From NCBI RefSeq assembly GCF_009834535.1, contig NC_045697.1, positions 55,802,001 through 55,866,000 on the forward strand: 64,000 nucleotides of DNA, written 5' to 3'. The stretch's first letter is position 1. Each line of letters begins with the position of its first letter. The translations under genes were made by a program, and so were the position numbers. Under the pieces are notes generated by a model, which was not told the DNA's origin, searched no databases, and saw only the letters and a list, made by a program, of their open reading frames with translations. This DNA is from Camelus ferus (Eukaryota). Of this stretch, positions 28,405-40,725 are shown one piece after another.

Positions 28405-29959
28405 ACATTTCTGAGAATGGGATTCCTGGGTCAAAGATAAGGCTACCTATGCAGTTACATCTATGAGTTTCATATCACCTTTCTGTTTTTATAATGTTTT
28501 CAAAAGTCATCAACAGTATAAGAATGTACCACTTAAAGCACAGCCTGACACATTTGGAGTTATCACTTTCTCTCCCCTGATTTAGTACACAAAGAAATGG
28601 ACATAATCATTTTTTTATCTTTTAAAGTATATCTACTTTAGCCAAATACTCTATTCTAATATCTATCATTTTCTTAGCAAGAAAATTTTACTGCATTATG
28701 ACGCTGTCAGCATTTGCATTTAAATAACATGATAGCATTAGAGTGAATTTAATAGAGCAGTATTTTCATTGCATGATTGAAAATGCTTACCCTGTAACTG
28801 TAGATGTCTTTACAGAAAAAAATAAGTCAGTACAATGAAAAACTAATAAGTCTGCCAAAATTAAACATTGACCAGACATGCCTGCAAACAAAAACCTGGG
28901 AAATTTGAACATATGCTGAATAGATCAGCATATTGGGAAGGGCGATTCACATAGAAATTGTCCCATGGTTGCTGGATAATATTTCACACCAACAAAAGCA
29001 TGCAGGGAACTCAGAAAGTTAAATAGCTATAATGGCAATGAAAAGAGGAAAATGTTGAAATAATCTTTCTAAATGTTAATGAAAATAATTATCCCTCAAA
29101 CATATTATTATATTTGATCCTATAAAATCTATAAACATATTAAGAGGACAATAGAATTTTGAGCATTAAGCAGCATGAGGTTTATTAAGAATAGACATGC
29201 CACAGAAGCTTAATAGCTTCTTTTGATTTATTGTTAATTACAAAATTAAGGCATGCTGTGAATAGTCTCTAACTTCAATATTTGGACTATAATAAGTATT
29301 TTAGATTACTGTTTTTAAAGTACACTTTACCAGTTTACCTTCTAATACATTACTGTTATGAAGCATGTCAGAAGCTAGATATTGTCATTACCCTATCTAT
29401 TGAGTAGAGACTGAGATAAAGGTTAAGTAATATTTTGTGAGACTAGCCAGGAATTTAGTTGGGGCAGATACAGGATTTTTATCAATTTGATTACTGCATA
29501 TCATCAGTGTCAATTCATTAAAATAATTTCATTTGATTTGAAATAATAATTTTCAAGCAACAATAAATAAAAATTGATAGATGGAAAGTACTGAAATCTG
29601 AGTAGGCATCCATATATACAGAAAGACTAATATAGATCAATACTGTAAAATATTAATTAAATGAGAAATAAAACATGTATAGAAAGTATAGTTTAATTTA
29701 ACCTTTTCAGATAAATCATAAGAAATTAGTCAAATTTCAACTGTGACTCCAGCAAAGAACATACAGATTTTACAGTCATTCTGTGTTATGTTAAGAAAGT
29801 AGTTTTAGTGTCATTTCAAAGCACTGAACATTATTATATTCAAGTCTGTTTTGAAGAATAGCATTCTTCAAATTTATTACAATATACATATTTAGACTTC
29901 ATACATTTTACGTATTATATTGAAAGGAAAGGTAGAAACTTACAGAACTCTTTAAGCTA

Positions 29960-30380
29960 AACACAAAACATCTACAAATTATTTCACTTCCTTGCTGAAA
30001 GCTCTCCAGGGGTTTTCCCTATATAACCTATACCACTTTCAGTATATGGCCACAGCTTATGTCTCTAAATTCATTTCATACCAATCTCCACTTGGCATAG
30101 CTTACTCCACTGTTGGCTCACTGCTCTCTTACCTATCCAGCTATTTTTTCCCCAGGGTATTTTCACATATTGTTTCTTCTTTCTCCAATCTTTGTTCAGA
30201 CATTTGCATGACTCACTGTATCATTTCACTGGAGTCAGCGCTAATATATTTCTTCCTTTTAAAGCTTTTCCCTGAGCACCATTTCTTTAATAGCATTTTC
30301 ACTGTCTGTCACTCTTTATCCCCATTAGCATGTAGCAAGTAACCCATTAATATTTGGTGAATAAGTGTATGAATGAATTC
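29960..30380 (+). mobile_element. L2 LINE 3' fragment
   Basis: tcacttccttgctgaaagctctccagggg...; ends aatatttggtgaataagtgtatgaatgaat, an L2 tail. Confidence 0.75.
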
Positions 30381-30469
30381 CAGTTTTTCAGTACAGAGTG
30401 AATATGTTACAATAGGTGATTTCTAGAGTTCTCTATTTATACCCTATCATAAAAATAAAGTTGCTACCA

Positions 30470-30670
30470 TTCACACTGAATGTCTACCATATGCTATATA
30501 CTTTCATATTTAAAACTTATAATACACTTGTAAGTAGGTAATTTTTATTCTCTCCATCTCATATATGAGCAAACTAAAGTTTAAAAGGGGGAACTACATG
30601 GCTCAACAACACAATACTCATAAATAAAAGAACTGGAACTCAAATTTAGGCTCACTATACTGCAAAGCTA
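30470..30670 (-). mobile_element. MIR SINE
   Basis: ctccatctcatatatgagcaaactaaagtttaaaagg...gaactggaactcaaatttagg is antisense MIR. Confidence 0.65.
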
Positions 30671-30984
30671 ATAAAGTTTATGCTACTGAGGATTTTAAAC
30701 ATAGTCTTATTTCAAAAGACTTATGTGGAGGCTGAGGTTTGAAAGACTGCTCTAATAAAATCAAGATGGCCCTAACTGCAGCAAAAAAAGGGAGACTCAC
30801 AATGACATTTCAACAAATTACTTCCCTCTCCCTTCAAAGGAAGCTCCTAGAAGCACAGTTTGAAGAACAATGTGCTACTCAACACTGACTCTCAAACATT
30901 AACTAGGAAACACTGGTCGCAACTATTTCCTGTAGGCTTTACATAGCTCATCTTATGTTTTTCCAAGAGCAACTCATAAATGTA

Positions 30985-32055
30985 AACTCTCTGGAAATAT
31001 ATCTACCAAATAGATATTGAGAGAATTTAAAGAGTTCCCAAATTACTGGAGCAGTAAAATGGGTCCATGGATTGGAAAGCTCAATAATTAAATATGTGTA
31101 TGTGTATGTATATGTTATATGAGATTCTATGTTATATGTATGTGTTATAGGAGACTATATGTTATATGAGTTCTCAAATTACTGGAGCAGTAAAACTTAA
31201 TAATTAAATACATATATGTATATGTATATGTTATATATAGTCTCTTAAAAATCTATTAGTCTATATAGTCAATATAATCTTAATCAAAATATTATTTTAT
31301 ATATAATTAAGAATTATAAACTATATATGGAAAGATAGAGTCAAATATAGCTTGGTAAAATAACATTTAAAAAAGACAATGTGGGAGGTCTCGCATTACC
31401 AGTTATCAAAATTGTAGTAATAAGAGTGTATGGTTTTCATAGAATGATAGACAGAGGAATCCTTGGATCAAAATAGAATGCCCAGAAACAAGTCTGAACA
31501 CTTATGGATCCTTTGTTTATAGCAAAGTTAGCACTTCAAAGCACTGGTCTTCCTAATTAATGGTGCCAGTGGAAGGATATGGAAATACTCATGATCTTAC
31601 TGAACCACAATATTCATAAAAATGAATTCCAGGTGGACTGCTGATCTGAATGCAAATAGCAAAGCAGTAATACTTTGAGAAGATTATATAGGATGACTCC
31701 ATGATTATCCTGTTGCAGAACATAATTTCTTAAAATAAGAACTAAAGCACAAAAGAAATAAAATTCTTAATGTAAACTGTACTACATTAAAAGTAAGCAT
31801 CTCCTTCCAGCAAACAGCAACACATGAAAGCAAAACCAATGTGTCAACAATAACAACAAAAAAGAGCAGAGCTCTTACACATATCAACAGATAAGATTAT
31901 ACACATTTTTTCTTAAGACAGACATCCCTTAACAATAAACAAGACTAGGAATAGGAACTTTCAAATAAAGTATACCCAAGTAACCAATAAATATAAAGAG
32001 TGCAATTGTTTAACTAATAAAGGAAATGTAAATAAAAACACAATGAAATAAAATT
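30985..32055 (+). mobile_element. Ancient L1ME-like ORF2 fragment (outer layer, left part)
   Basis: Decayed ORF2 motifs (ccatggattggaaagctcaata; aaaatagaatgcccagaaaca; aaggaaatgtaaataaaaacacaatgaaata). It appears to resume at about 35060. Confidence 0.7.
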
Positions 32056-32059
32056 CTGC

Positions 32060-32630
32060 CTATAGCCACAATGGATTAAATGAGAACTGATTTAACTTTC
32101 AACTTAGAAAAAAATAGAAAACTATACAAAATATGTAAGCTAGTGGTTTTCAGTTATTAGATAGCTGAGGAGAAACAAATTATATGAACTCTTTAATTTT
32201 CTAGCTTTCCGACTTACATTAATTTCTGATTTATATTCCCAATTCTGGTGCAAGGAAAGGTATCTCAAGCAGAGAGGACTGGTCTTACGGACTTGAAGCA
32301 ACAGAGATAAGGATTTGATAAAGAAGTGGATTTAACTTGTGGGGCAGAATATTAAATTGGTGAGCACAGAAAAGTCCATAAAGTCCCATTTATCCACATG
32401 AATAGGGTGAAACTTCATGAGGCAAAAAAATAGAAACTAAGAAACTGTAAGCTGGACAAATCCCAGTACTCACTCAGGACTGGGAGATGTTTGGCTAATA
32501 ACAAGCTAGAGTGGAATGATCTTGTGGAATACTCAAGCCTTCAGTGAAGACTGCCAGGATGTCAAACCTTAGGTGTGGGGTTAACCAGAACTACAGGAAA
32601 AGATATTCTAAAAATGTTCTTTAAAAACCT
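32060..32630 (+). mobile_element. L1MC-type 5' region remnant
   Basis: agccacaatggattaaatgagaactgattt...aaaactatacaaaatatgtaagctagtggttttcag resembles old L1M 5'-end consensus. Confidence 0.5.
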
Positions 32631-32659
32631 TATATGAAGAGAGTAAAGACAGTCTCTTC

Positions 32660-33902
32660 CAGACCTAGAATTGCCAAAGCATTACTGAAGAGAAAGAAAG
32701 AGCCTGGAGGAATAACTCTCCCAGACTTCAGACAATACTATAGAGCTACAGTCATCAAGACAGCATTGTATTGGTACAAAAACAGACATATAAACCAATG
32801 GAACAGAATAGAGAGCCCAGAAATGAACCCACAAACTTTTGGTCAACTAATCTTCAACAAAGGAGGCAAGAATATACAATGGAATAAAGACAGTCTCATG
32901 AGCAAATGGTGTTGGGAAAACTGGACAGCAGCATGTAAAACAATGAAGCTAGAACACTCCCTTACACCATATACAAAAATCAACTCAAAATGGATCAAAG
33001 ACTTAAACATAAGACAAGACACAATAAACCTCCCAGAGGAAAACATAGGCAAAACATTATCTGACATACATTTCAAAAATTTTCTCCTAGAAGAAATAAA
33101 AGCAAGAATAAACAAATGGGACCTAATGAAACTTACAAGCTACTGCACAGCAAAGGAAACCAGAAGTAAAACAAGAAGACAACCTACGGAATGGGAGAAA
33201 ATTTTTGCAAATGAAACCAACAAAGGCTTGATCTCAGAATATATAAGCAGCTCATACGACTCAATAAGAAAAAAATAAACAACCCAATCCAAAAACGGCC
33301 AGAAGACCTAAACAAGCAATTCTCCAAGGAAGACATACAAATGATCAAAAAGCACATGAAAAAATGCTCAATATCACTAATTATCAGAGAAATGCAAATC
33401 AAAACTACAATGAGGTATCACCTCACACCAGCCAGAATGGCCGTCATTCAAAAATCCACAAATGACAAATGCTGGAGAGGCTGTGGAGAAAGGGGAATCC
33501 TCCTACACTGCTGGTGGGAATGCAGTTTGGTGCAACCACTATGGAAAACAGTGTGGAGACTCCTCAAAAGACTAGGAATAGACTTACCATATGACCCAGG
33601 AATCCCACTCCTGGGCTTGTATCCAGAAGGAACCCTACTTCAGGATGACACCTGCACCCCAAGGTTCATAGCAGCACTATTTACAATAGCCAAAACATGG
33701 ACACAGCCTATGTCCATCAACAGGTGATTGGATAAAGAAGAAGTGGTATATTTATACAATGGAATACTACTCAGCCATAAAAACCGACAACATAATGCCA
33801 TTTGCAGCAACATGGATGCTCCTGGAGAATGTCATTCTAAGTGAAGTAAGCCAGAAAGAGAAAGAAAAATACCATATGAGATTGCTCATATGTGGAATCT
33901 AA
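32660..33902 (+). pseudogene. Disrupted L1 ORF2p C-terminal fragment (post-RT region plus zinc knuckle)
   Basis: ORF pieces 32634-33278 and 33341-33727 lie in different frames. There is no endonuclease or RT core, and frameshifts occur near 33240 and 33710. Confidence 0.9.
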
Positions 33903-34240
33903 AAATCAAAAACAAAAACAAACAAACAAACAAGAACAAAGCGTAAATACAGGACAGAAATAGACTCATAGACAGAGAATACAGACTTGTTGTTGCCAGG
34001 GGGGCGGAGGGTGGGAAGGGATAGACAGGGATTTCAAAATTGTAGAACAGATAAACAAGATTACACTGTATAGCACAGGGAAATATACACAAAATGTTAT
34101 GGTAGCTCACAGGGAAAAAAAATGTGACAATGAGTGTGTATATGTCCATGTATGACTGAAAAATTGTGCTGAACACTGGAATTTGACACAACATTGTAAA
34201 ATGATTATAAATCAATAAAAAATGTTAAAAAAAAAAAAAA
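32660..34240 (+). mobile_element. Young 5'-truncated L1 (about 1.6 kb; ORF2 C-terminal part, 3' UTR, poly(A)) inserted into an older L1
   Basis: ORF2 motifs [27 protein letters not shown] and CCHC knuckle [18 protein letters not shown]. Stop at 33900-33902, polyA signal aataaa and A-tail to 34240. TSD cagtctcttc at 32650-32659 and 34242-34251. Confidence 0.97.
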
Positions 34241-34241
34241 C

Positions 34242-34712
34242 CAGTCTCTTCAGCAAATGGTGTTGGGAAAACTGGACAGGTGCATGTAAATCAATGAAGT
34301 TAGAACATTCCCTCACACCATACACAAAAATAAACTCAAAATGGCTTAAAGACTTAAACATAAGACAAGATACTATAAACCTCTTAAAAGAAACCATAGG
34401 CAAAACATTATCCGACATAAATCTCAGCAATGTTCTCCTAGGGCAATCTACCCAAGCAATAGAAATAAAAGCAAAAATAACAAACAGAACCTAATTAAAC
34501 TTATAAGCTTTCGCACAGCAAAGTAAACCATAAGCAAAACAAAAAGACAACCTACAGAATGGGAGAAAGTATTTGCAAAAGATGAGACTGACAAGGGCTT
34601 AATCTCCAAAATATATAAACAGCTCATACAGCTTAATAACAACAACAAACACCTAATCCAAAAATGGGGAGAAGACCTAAACAGGCAATACTCCAGTGAA
34701 CACATACGAATG
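34242..34712 (+). mobile_element. Host L1 ORF2 fragment of an older lineage-specific subfamily; its first ~25 bp lie at about 32634-32659
   Basis: [34 protein letters not shown]... It joins gagtaaagacagtctcttc across the TSD and has no 3' UTR or poly(A) of its own. Confidence 0.9.
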
Positions 34713-34779
34713 GTAAGTTTTCGATTCACAGCAAAATTGAGAAAAACAAACTTATGGTTACCAGGAAAAGGAGAGAGAG

Positions 34780-34915
34780 AGAGAGGAATAGCTGGAAGAC
34801 AGAGTATTTAGAGTAGTGAAAAACTCCGCATGATACTATAATGACAGCTACATGTAATTATATGTTTGTCTAAAGCAACAGAATGTACAGCACCCAAAAT
34901 GAACTTTAATGTATG
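34780..34915 (+). mobile_element. L1MC-type 3' UTR fragment
   Basis: gtagtgaaaaactccgcatgatactataatgacagctacatgtaattatatgtttgtctaaagcaacagaatgtacagcacc matches the L1MC 3' UTR pattern. Confidence 0.7.
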
Positions 34916-34989
34916 AATTTTAATAATTTGAATAAAATTTAATTTGAATAAACATTTGAATAAAAATTAAAACTAATTCAAATTTTTAT

Positions 34990-35400
34990 TAAAGTGGTGC
35001 TTTAAGGGAAAATTATAGCTTAAAATATTTATATTAGAAAAGAAAAAATGAGCTATCAGTTACTATTACACACCAACTAGAAAAGACTGAAATTAAAATT
35101 TTAAAATCTGAAAATACTAATTTTGGGGAGACTGTGGAGTTACAGGGTATCTAATGCATTTTACTGGTGGGAAAGTAAAATTGTACATTTTTTAAAAAAC
35201 AGTTTGATTGTTTCTTAAAATTAAAAATATATATTCAATTACCATGAACCTATCAGTTTCTATCCTTTAGTTCCATTTGTCCATCCAAAGTAACATGTTC
35301 TTATGAAACTGTAGAAACATGTTTATGGCAGCTTTATTCATAGTAGAAATGATCAGTGAAAGTACTTGGAATATCATATTTAAGAAAAGATGATGCAGAA
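34990..35400 (+). mobile_element. Ancient L1ME-like fragments (outer layer, right part)
   Basis: tactattacacaccaactagaa...ctggtgggaaagtaaaattgtac...atgtttatggcagctttattcatagtag continues the ORF2 3' end. Confidence 0.65.
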
Positions 35401-38308
35401 CAAACCAAGAAGAAAGTATCAGAGAATCTGAAAGTAAAGGAGGTATGTCTAGATCATAGAGAGAAAAAAAGAAAAATGTTTTCAATAATTGAGTAAGTAG
35501 CATTGCTATATCATACAGAGACTAAGTAAAACAAGGCCTAGGGAGCGATCACTTGGGTTTGTAACTAGGTGTCATTGATAACCTTGGCAAGAGAAGTTTT
35601 ATTACACTGGTCAATTCAAAGCAGGTTTTGAATGTTAATAACAACATAGAAAAAGCATATGTGACTTGGCTGTTGATGGAATGCTGGAGACAGGAGTAGG
35701 AAAGATAGAGGAGCACACTTTTTCATGGCAAGGTTTCTGTTGGGATTTAGATGAAAAAGACTAGTGTTAAAATGGTGTCTTGCTTAAAAGGAATGTTTTC
35801 CAACTACATATGGGAAATGAATAAATAGTGAGAAGAAAATAGGGCATGATTCTAAATCTTAGTTTTGCGACTCTGAATACATTTCTCCCTTCAACATTTT
35901 ATATAATACCTAAAAACATGGAAATACAAGTTGCCAGATTGGATTTTGTAACCTGAAAATCTATCTCATAATATCTATCTCTTTAGACTAGCATTATCAT
36001 TTGAAATATTTTTTTGAAACTATAACCAAGAAGTATCAACTTTAGGATGGCATCAAGCCACTGTACATCTCCTTCTTGAGAGTATAACTTACAATTATAT
36101 ATATTCATCTCCTTTCTTGTTAACGAACATTAACTTAGGCACAGACAAATTTCTAGGAAATTTTTAAAAAACTCATTACAGGAATCAAGCAAATGTCACG
36201 ATTCATCTGTTTCTGGCATGCAGTTTAGCTTGTCAACAGTAAGACTGACATAGTAGTTTCATGCTTCTGCTAAAGCGATGATCTGAATACCGATTGTGGA
36301 TTTTGACTGCAGATGTTAGAAGCAAACCATTTCTAACAGATGTATAATCTGATTAAATATGCAATGCGATGATATTGTCAAAACCTATTAATCACTCTTT
36401 CAGGACACATTAGTGTAGGCTTTACTGACAGCTGTGAGGATTGGAACGTCTCTGCAGTTGCAGGTACTCATCCACACTATCCAATGGATCTTAAAAGGAA
36501 ACATAATGATAGGAAAGTGCAGAGCGTAATTAAAATGTTGGATGATGTTTTTCGCATCATTAGAGAGAAGCGATACATAGTTTTTTCCTCCAATAATGTT
36601 TATCCTACCTGCATTTATTTGCTTCTTACACCAAAATTGCAGGATTGCTTTATGTCATGCTGGGACTAATTCAAAAATTTTGATACAGAGTTGAACCTCC
36701 CACATACATATATTAGGATGCAGTCCCATGACTGATGATTGTACAATATGTGTTCACAGATGAATAGTGGCAAAGCCTTGTTTCCCACTGAGAATGCTAA
36801 CAAGTATTGATTTCTCAGCCATTGACACACACAGGTGCTGTAATTTATTTTGGAAAGGGCAGCACCTTAATTTTATGATCATCAGCCCCCAGATCTTATT
36901 TTTGTCCTTGGTTCACTCTTAAGAGTTTGGGATTCCTGACAGTATTAGTGATCTTTACTAAAACTAAACAATTGTTTGCCAATATGTAATCCAAATGTTC
37001 TCACACTGAACTATTCTGAGTTCCAGAATTTTTAGACCCTAATTTGTTACAAATCGACAGCTCAATTATAATCAAAGTTCAGTCTTTTTCCAATTCTCTC
37101 ATACTCATTTAAGAAATACAATGCATTAGCAATGACCAAATTTTCAAAGACTGAGCTACTCAAGTGTCATGATATGAAGAAACGTGGCAGTGAGTCTCTG
37201 AGCTATCTAGAACAATCAAAGGAAAGAGAACAAAAATGTACTTCAGTTCTCAAACCATCCATTCAAGCTTGAACTGACCAGTTGTTATTTAAAAAGAATA
37301 GGAAAAAGAATAGCAATCATCCCTTCTAGGTCTCTCAGGGGAAGGAAGCTCTTACTTTCTACTCTTCTCCTTTAAGATATGTGTTACTGATCATAGATAT
37401 TATTTTGCAGTTTCCTATACCATGATGTGATTATGCTGGATCCCTACCAAAATGTTTTTCTTAGGGAGAAATCTACTGCATTAAGTTAAGCCTAAAAATG
37501 CCTCCCTTAGCTGTACAATATGTGTCATAGCAATCACACGCTGCTGACCAATATTCAGTATCTTCATTTTGTTCCTCCCCAACTGCTGATTAGAAAAGAG
37601 GGACCTTGTACTACTCAGATTCATATCCTTTAAGATTGTCATAGTGGAAATAAGAATTTTGTTCCATTGATAAACTAATGCTTAGAAATGAACATTTGAT
37701 TATAACTGTGTCAATGATTTATTTTCTGTAAGAAAAAGTTTTAATAAAAATATAAACTAAATTATCTATGGTCTATTCAGCAAGAATACAGAAAGAGTTG
37801 TTACTTTGAAGACTCTGATATTTAGAACAAATTTATTAATCATCTTCTTTTCCTTAATTCCTGAATCAAGGTAATCAAAATGAGAAATCTTAATCACTAA
37901 ATAGGAGAGTCAAGAATAGCCCTGTTTCCAACATCTTCACAATAATTTCTTGCTTTTCTTCAAAATTTAACCAATAGTAATATTTAGACCTTCAACTGCA
38001 TGTATTAATTTAGGCAGCCTAATAAATCATTAGGTCATTGATTTACTATTTTAATGTTACTTTGTACAGCAAGTAATGCAAAGAACTCTGGAATAATCAG
38101 GTACTGAAAATTTTAGAAAATCAAAGGAATATATCTGATTTTTCTTTACTGTTCTTTGTTCCAAATTCTAACATCAGAAAAAAATTACCATAAAATCTGC
38201 CTCTTTAAAGAGTTAGAATTGGTTTGAAAAATAATTACTACTATACAAATATAACAGACTCCATGAAATTAAATATAGTACTCATTACAAAATTAAAAGT
38301 AAACCCTA

Positions 38309-38347
38309 TAAACTGACTATAACTCAATTTAAAAAAAAAAGGGGGGG
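38309..38347 (+). mobile_element. Ultra-short L1 3' tail insertion
   Basis: taaactgactataactcaattt + A10 + G7, flanked by agtaaac at 38298-38304 and 38348-38354. Confidence 0.6.
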
Positions 38348-39894
38348 AGTAAACTCATTAAGTAATAAGTTTCTGGAAAATTCAGTAGCTTTATTCTGGG
38401 TTACATCAATCCTCACTATTTTAGGATTTTCTTTACTTCTGAATTTGAAGAAGAAATGAAATAGAGTATAAATATCAAAATGATATTAAATATGGCAAAA
38501 TGACCATTATTGGCTGTTTAAAAGCTGTAACATTATTTATAAACTAGGATAAAATTCAAGAAGAATATTTTGAAAAGCTACAATGCTCAGTAAAGTGTAT
38601 CACCTAATTCCAGTAGTTGTAAATGTAGGCACATATGCTGAAGTAATAGTAAATGAATTTAACTACAACTCCAACTGCCACCATCCCTGATTTTAATTGG
38701 TGTTAAAAGTCATATTTAAATAGTAAGAGGCAAGACAGACCTGTTTTTGTAGGCAAGATCACTAGAACAAATAAGAAGCCACCTTTCCAGATTTCAAAAA
38801 TCACAAAAATATGACAGAATATTAATATCAAATTAAATTAAATTGTTACTTTTATCAAAGCAATGCATGCACATATTTTAAAATGTCAAATAATTCTACA
38901 AGGCTTAATCAAAAACAACAATTTCTGTTCCTAAATTCCCCACTATTAACTTCTATTTTTCAAGAGTTTTTACCTTTAACTGTACTTATCTTTCCTTCAT
39001 ACTCAACTCCTTATGCTAAGTATAAATTACAAATATTATTCTCTTTTTTCCTCTATAATTTTGGATATTATTTGTTAATTTCCTATAATATAAGCTGAGG
39101 ATTTTGTTATACTTTTCTCACAACCAAAAGCATATCCCCAGTCACCATCCTCATCACAACACAGATTCAAATCCCTAGTTCCCCAAACTCAATGTCACAA
39201 TTTTGGATTATATAAACAGGTGTGGATAGCCACCTTACAGGGTACTGTTCTCGCATTTACCTTCCTGAACAATTCCTGTTTCTCTTGAGTTATTAATTGT
39301 CTTTATCTTAATTGCTACTAGAGTTATACTAATTTCTCCCAGGCTTTTTTTATAGAATATTTAAACTCATCAGCTATTTGATCAGTTCCTTTTATATGCT
39401 TGTAGATAACATTCTCAAAGCACTTATTCTGCCCTTCCAACTACAGAAGGCCAACTGCTTAGCTCTCATCCTGGAAGTTCTTCGCCACCATCCTAAAGAT
39501 TCCCTTTACATCTTCCACGATGAATCTTTTTTCCTAGGTACCCTGACTTACACTTTCTTGTTTTCTTTCGTCATGTAGTGGAACATATTGTTCAGTAGGT
39601 CTTGAGAGAGTATGGTACTGGTACAAAAACAAATAGACCAATGGAATAGAATCAAGAGCTCATAACTAAAACCAAGTATATGTAGCCAATATCTGACAAG
39701 GGAGTCAAGAACACTCCATGGAGAAAAAAGTCTCTTCAATAAATGGTGCTGGGATAATTGTATACTCGTGTAAAAAAGTGAAGTTGAACCTGTATCTTAT
39801 ACCACTTACAAAAGTGAACTCAAAACAAATTAAATTAGTAAATATGAAACTTAAAACCATGAAAGTCTTAGAATAAACTTAAGAATAAAGCTCC

Positions 39895-39991
39895 CTTCAT
39901 GTATAACCGAAAAATTGTGCTCTACACTGGAATTTTACAACATTGTAAAATGACTATAACTCAATAAAAATGTTTATATTAAAAAAAAAAC
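39895..39991 (+). mobile_element. Short young L1 3' tail with perfect 14-bp TSD
   Basis: ttcatgtataaccgaaaaattgtgctctacactggaa...tgactataactcaataaaaa plus A-tail. TSD aagaataaagctcc at 39881-39894 and 39992-40005. Confidence 0.92.
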
Positions 39992-40408
39992 AAGAATAAA
40001 GCTCCTTAACATGGGTCTCGGTAATGATTTTTTGGATATGACCTCTAAATTAAAGGCAACAAAATAAAACACAAGTCGGACTATATCAAGGTAAAATGCT
40101 TTTGCACAGCAAAAGAAACCATGAACAAGGTGAAAAGGAAAAGGAAAAATATTTGCAAACCATATATCTGAAAGGGGTTAACATCTGAAATACAAATAAT
40201 TCATACAATTCAATAGTGAAAAAAAAATATATACATAAAACCCAATTAAAAGATGGGGAAAAGACTGAATAGACATTTCCCCAAATAAACATTTCCCCAA
40301 AGAAGATACACAAAAGGCCAATGCGTACATGAAAAAATGCTCAGTGTTACTAGTCATTAAGGATATCCAAGTTAAAATCACAATAAGATAATCACCTCGC
40401 CCATCATT

Positions 40409-40417
40409 ACCAACACC

Positions 40418-40449
<32 letters not shown>

Positions 40450-40470
40450 CAAAAACAAACAAACAAACAA
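40409..40470. repeat. Compound (CCA)n(CAA)n(CAAA)n microsatellite inside L1
   Basis: Direct reading. Confidence 0.9.
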
Positions 40471-40676
40471 GAAACCCAAGAGTTAAATGCTGGTGTGGAT
40501 ATGGAGAAAAGGGAACCCTTGTGCACTGTTGGTGGGACTGTAAATTGGTAGAGACACTATGGAAAACAGTTTGGAAGATCTTTAAAAAATTATAAATAAA
40601 ACTACTGTATGTTTCAGCAATTCTACCTCTGGGATACCCAAAGATTACAAAAATACTAACTTAAAACATTATGAGG

Positions 40677-40725
40677 TACACCAGAAATTGACACATTGTA
40701 ACTGACTATACTTCAATAAAAAAAA
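40677..40725 (+). mobile_element. Ultra-short L1 3' tail nested in L1MA
   Basis: tacaccagaaattgacacattgtaactgactatacttcaataaaaaaaa matches the 3' end of the antisense L1 at 60.3 kb. The TSD is degenerate. Confidence 0.75.

Noticed and set aside
32634..33278. 214-aa ORF as a functional gene
   Set aside because: It is a truncated L1 ORF2 piece whose ATG comes from flanking host sequence. It frameshifts downstream and lacks the EN and RT cores.
39400..39607. Possible antisense HAL1/L1ME fragment
   Set aside because: Too degraded to call from inspection.
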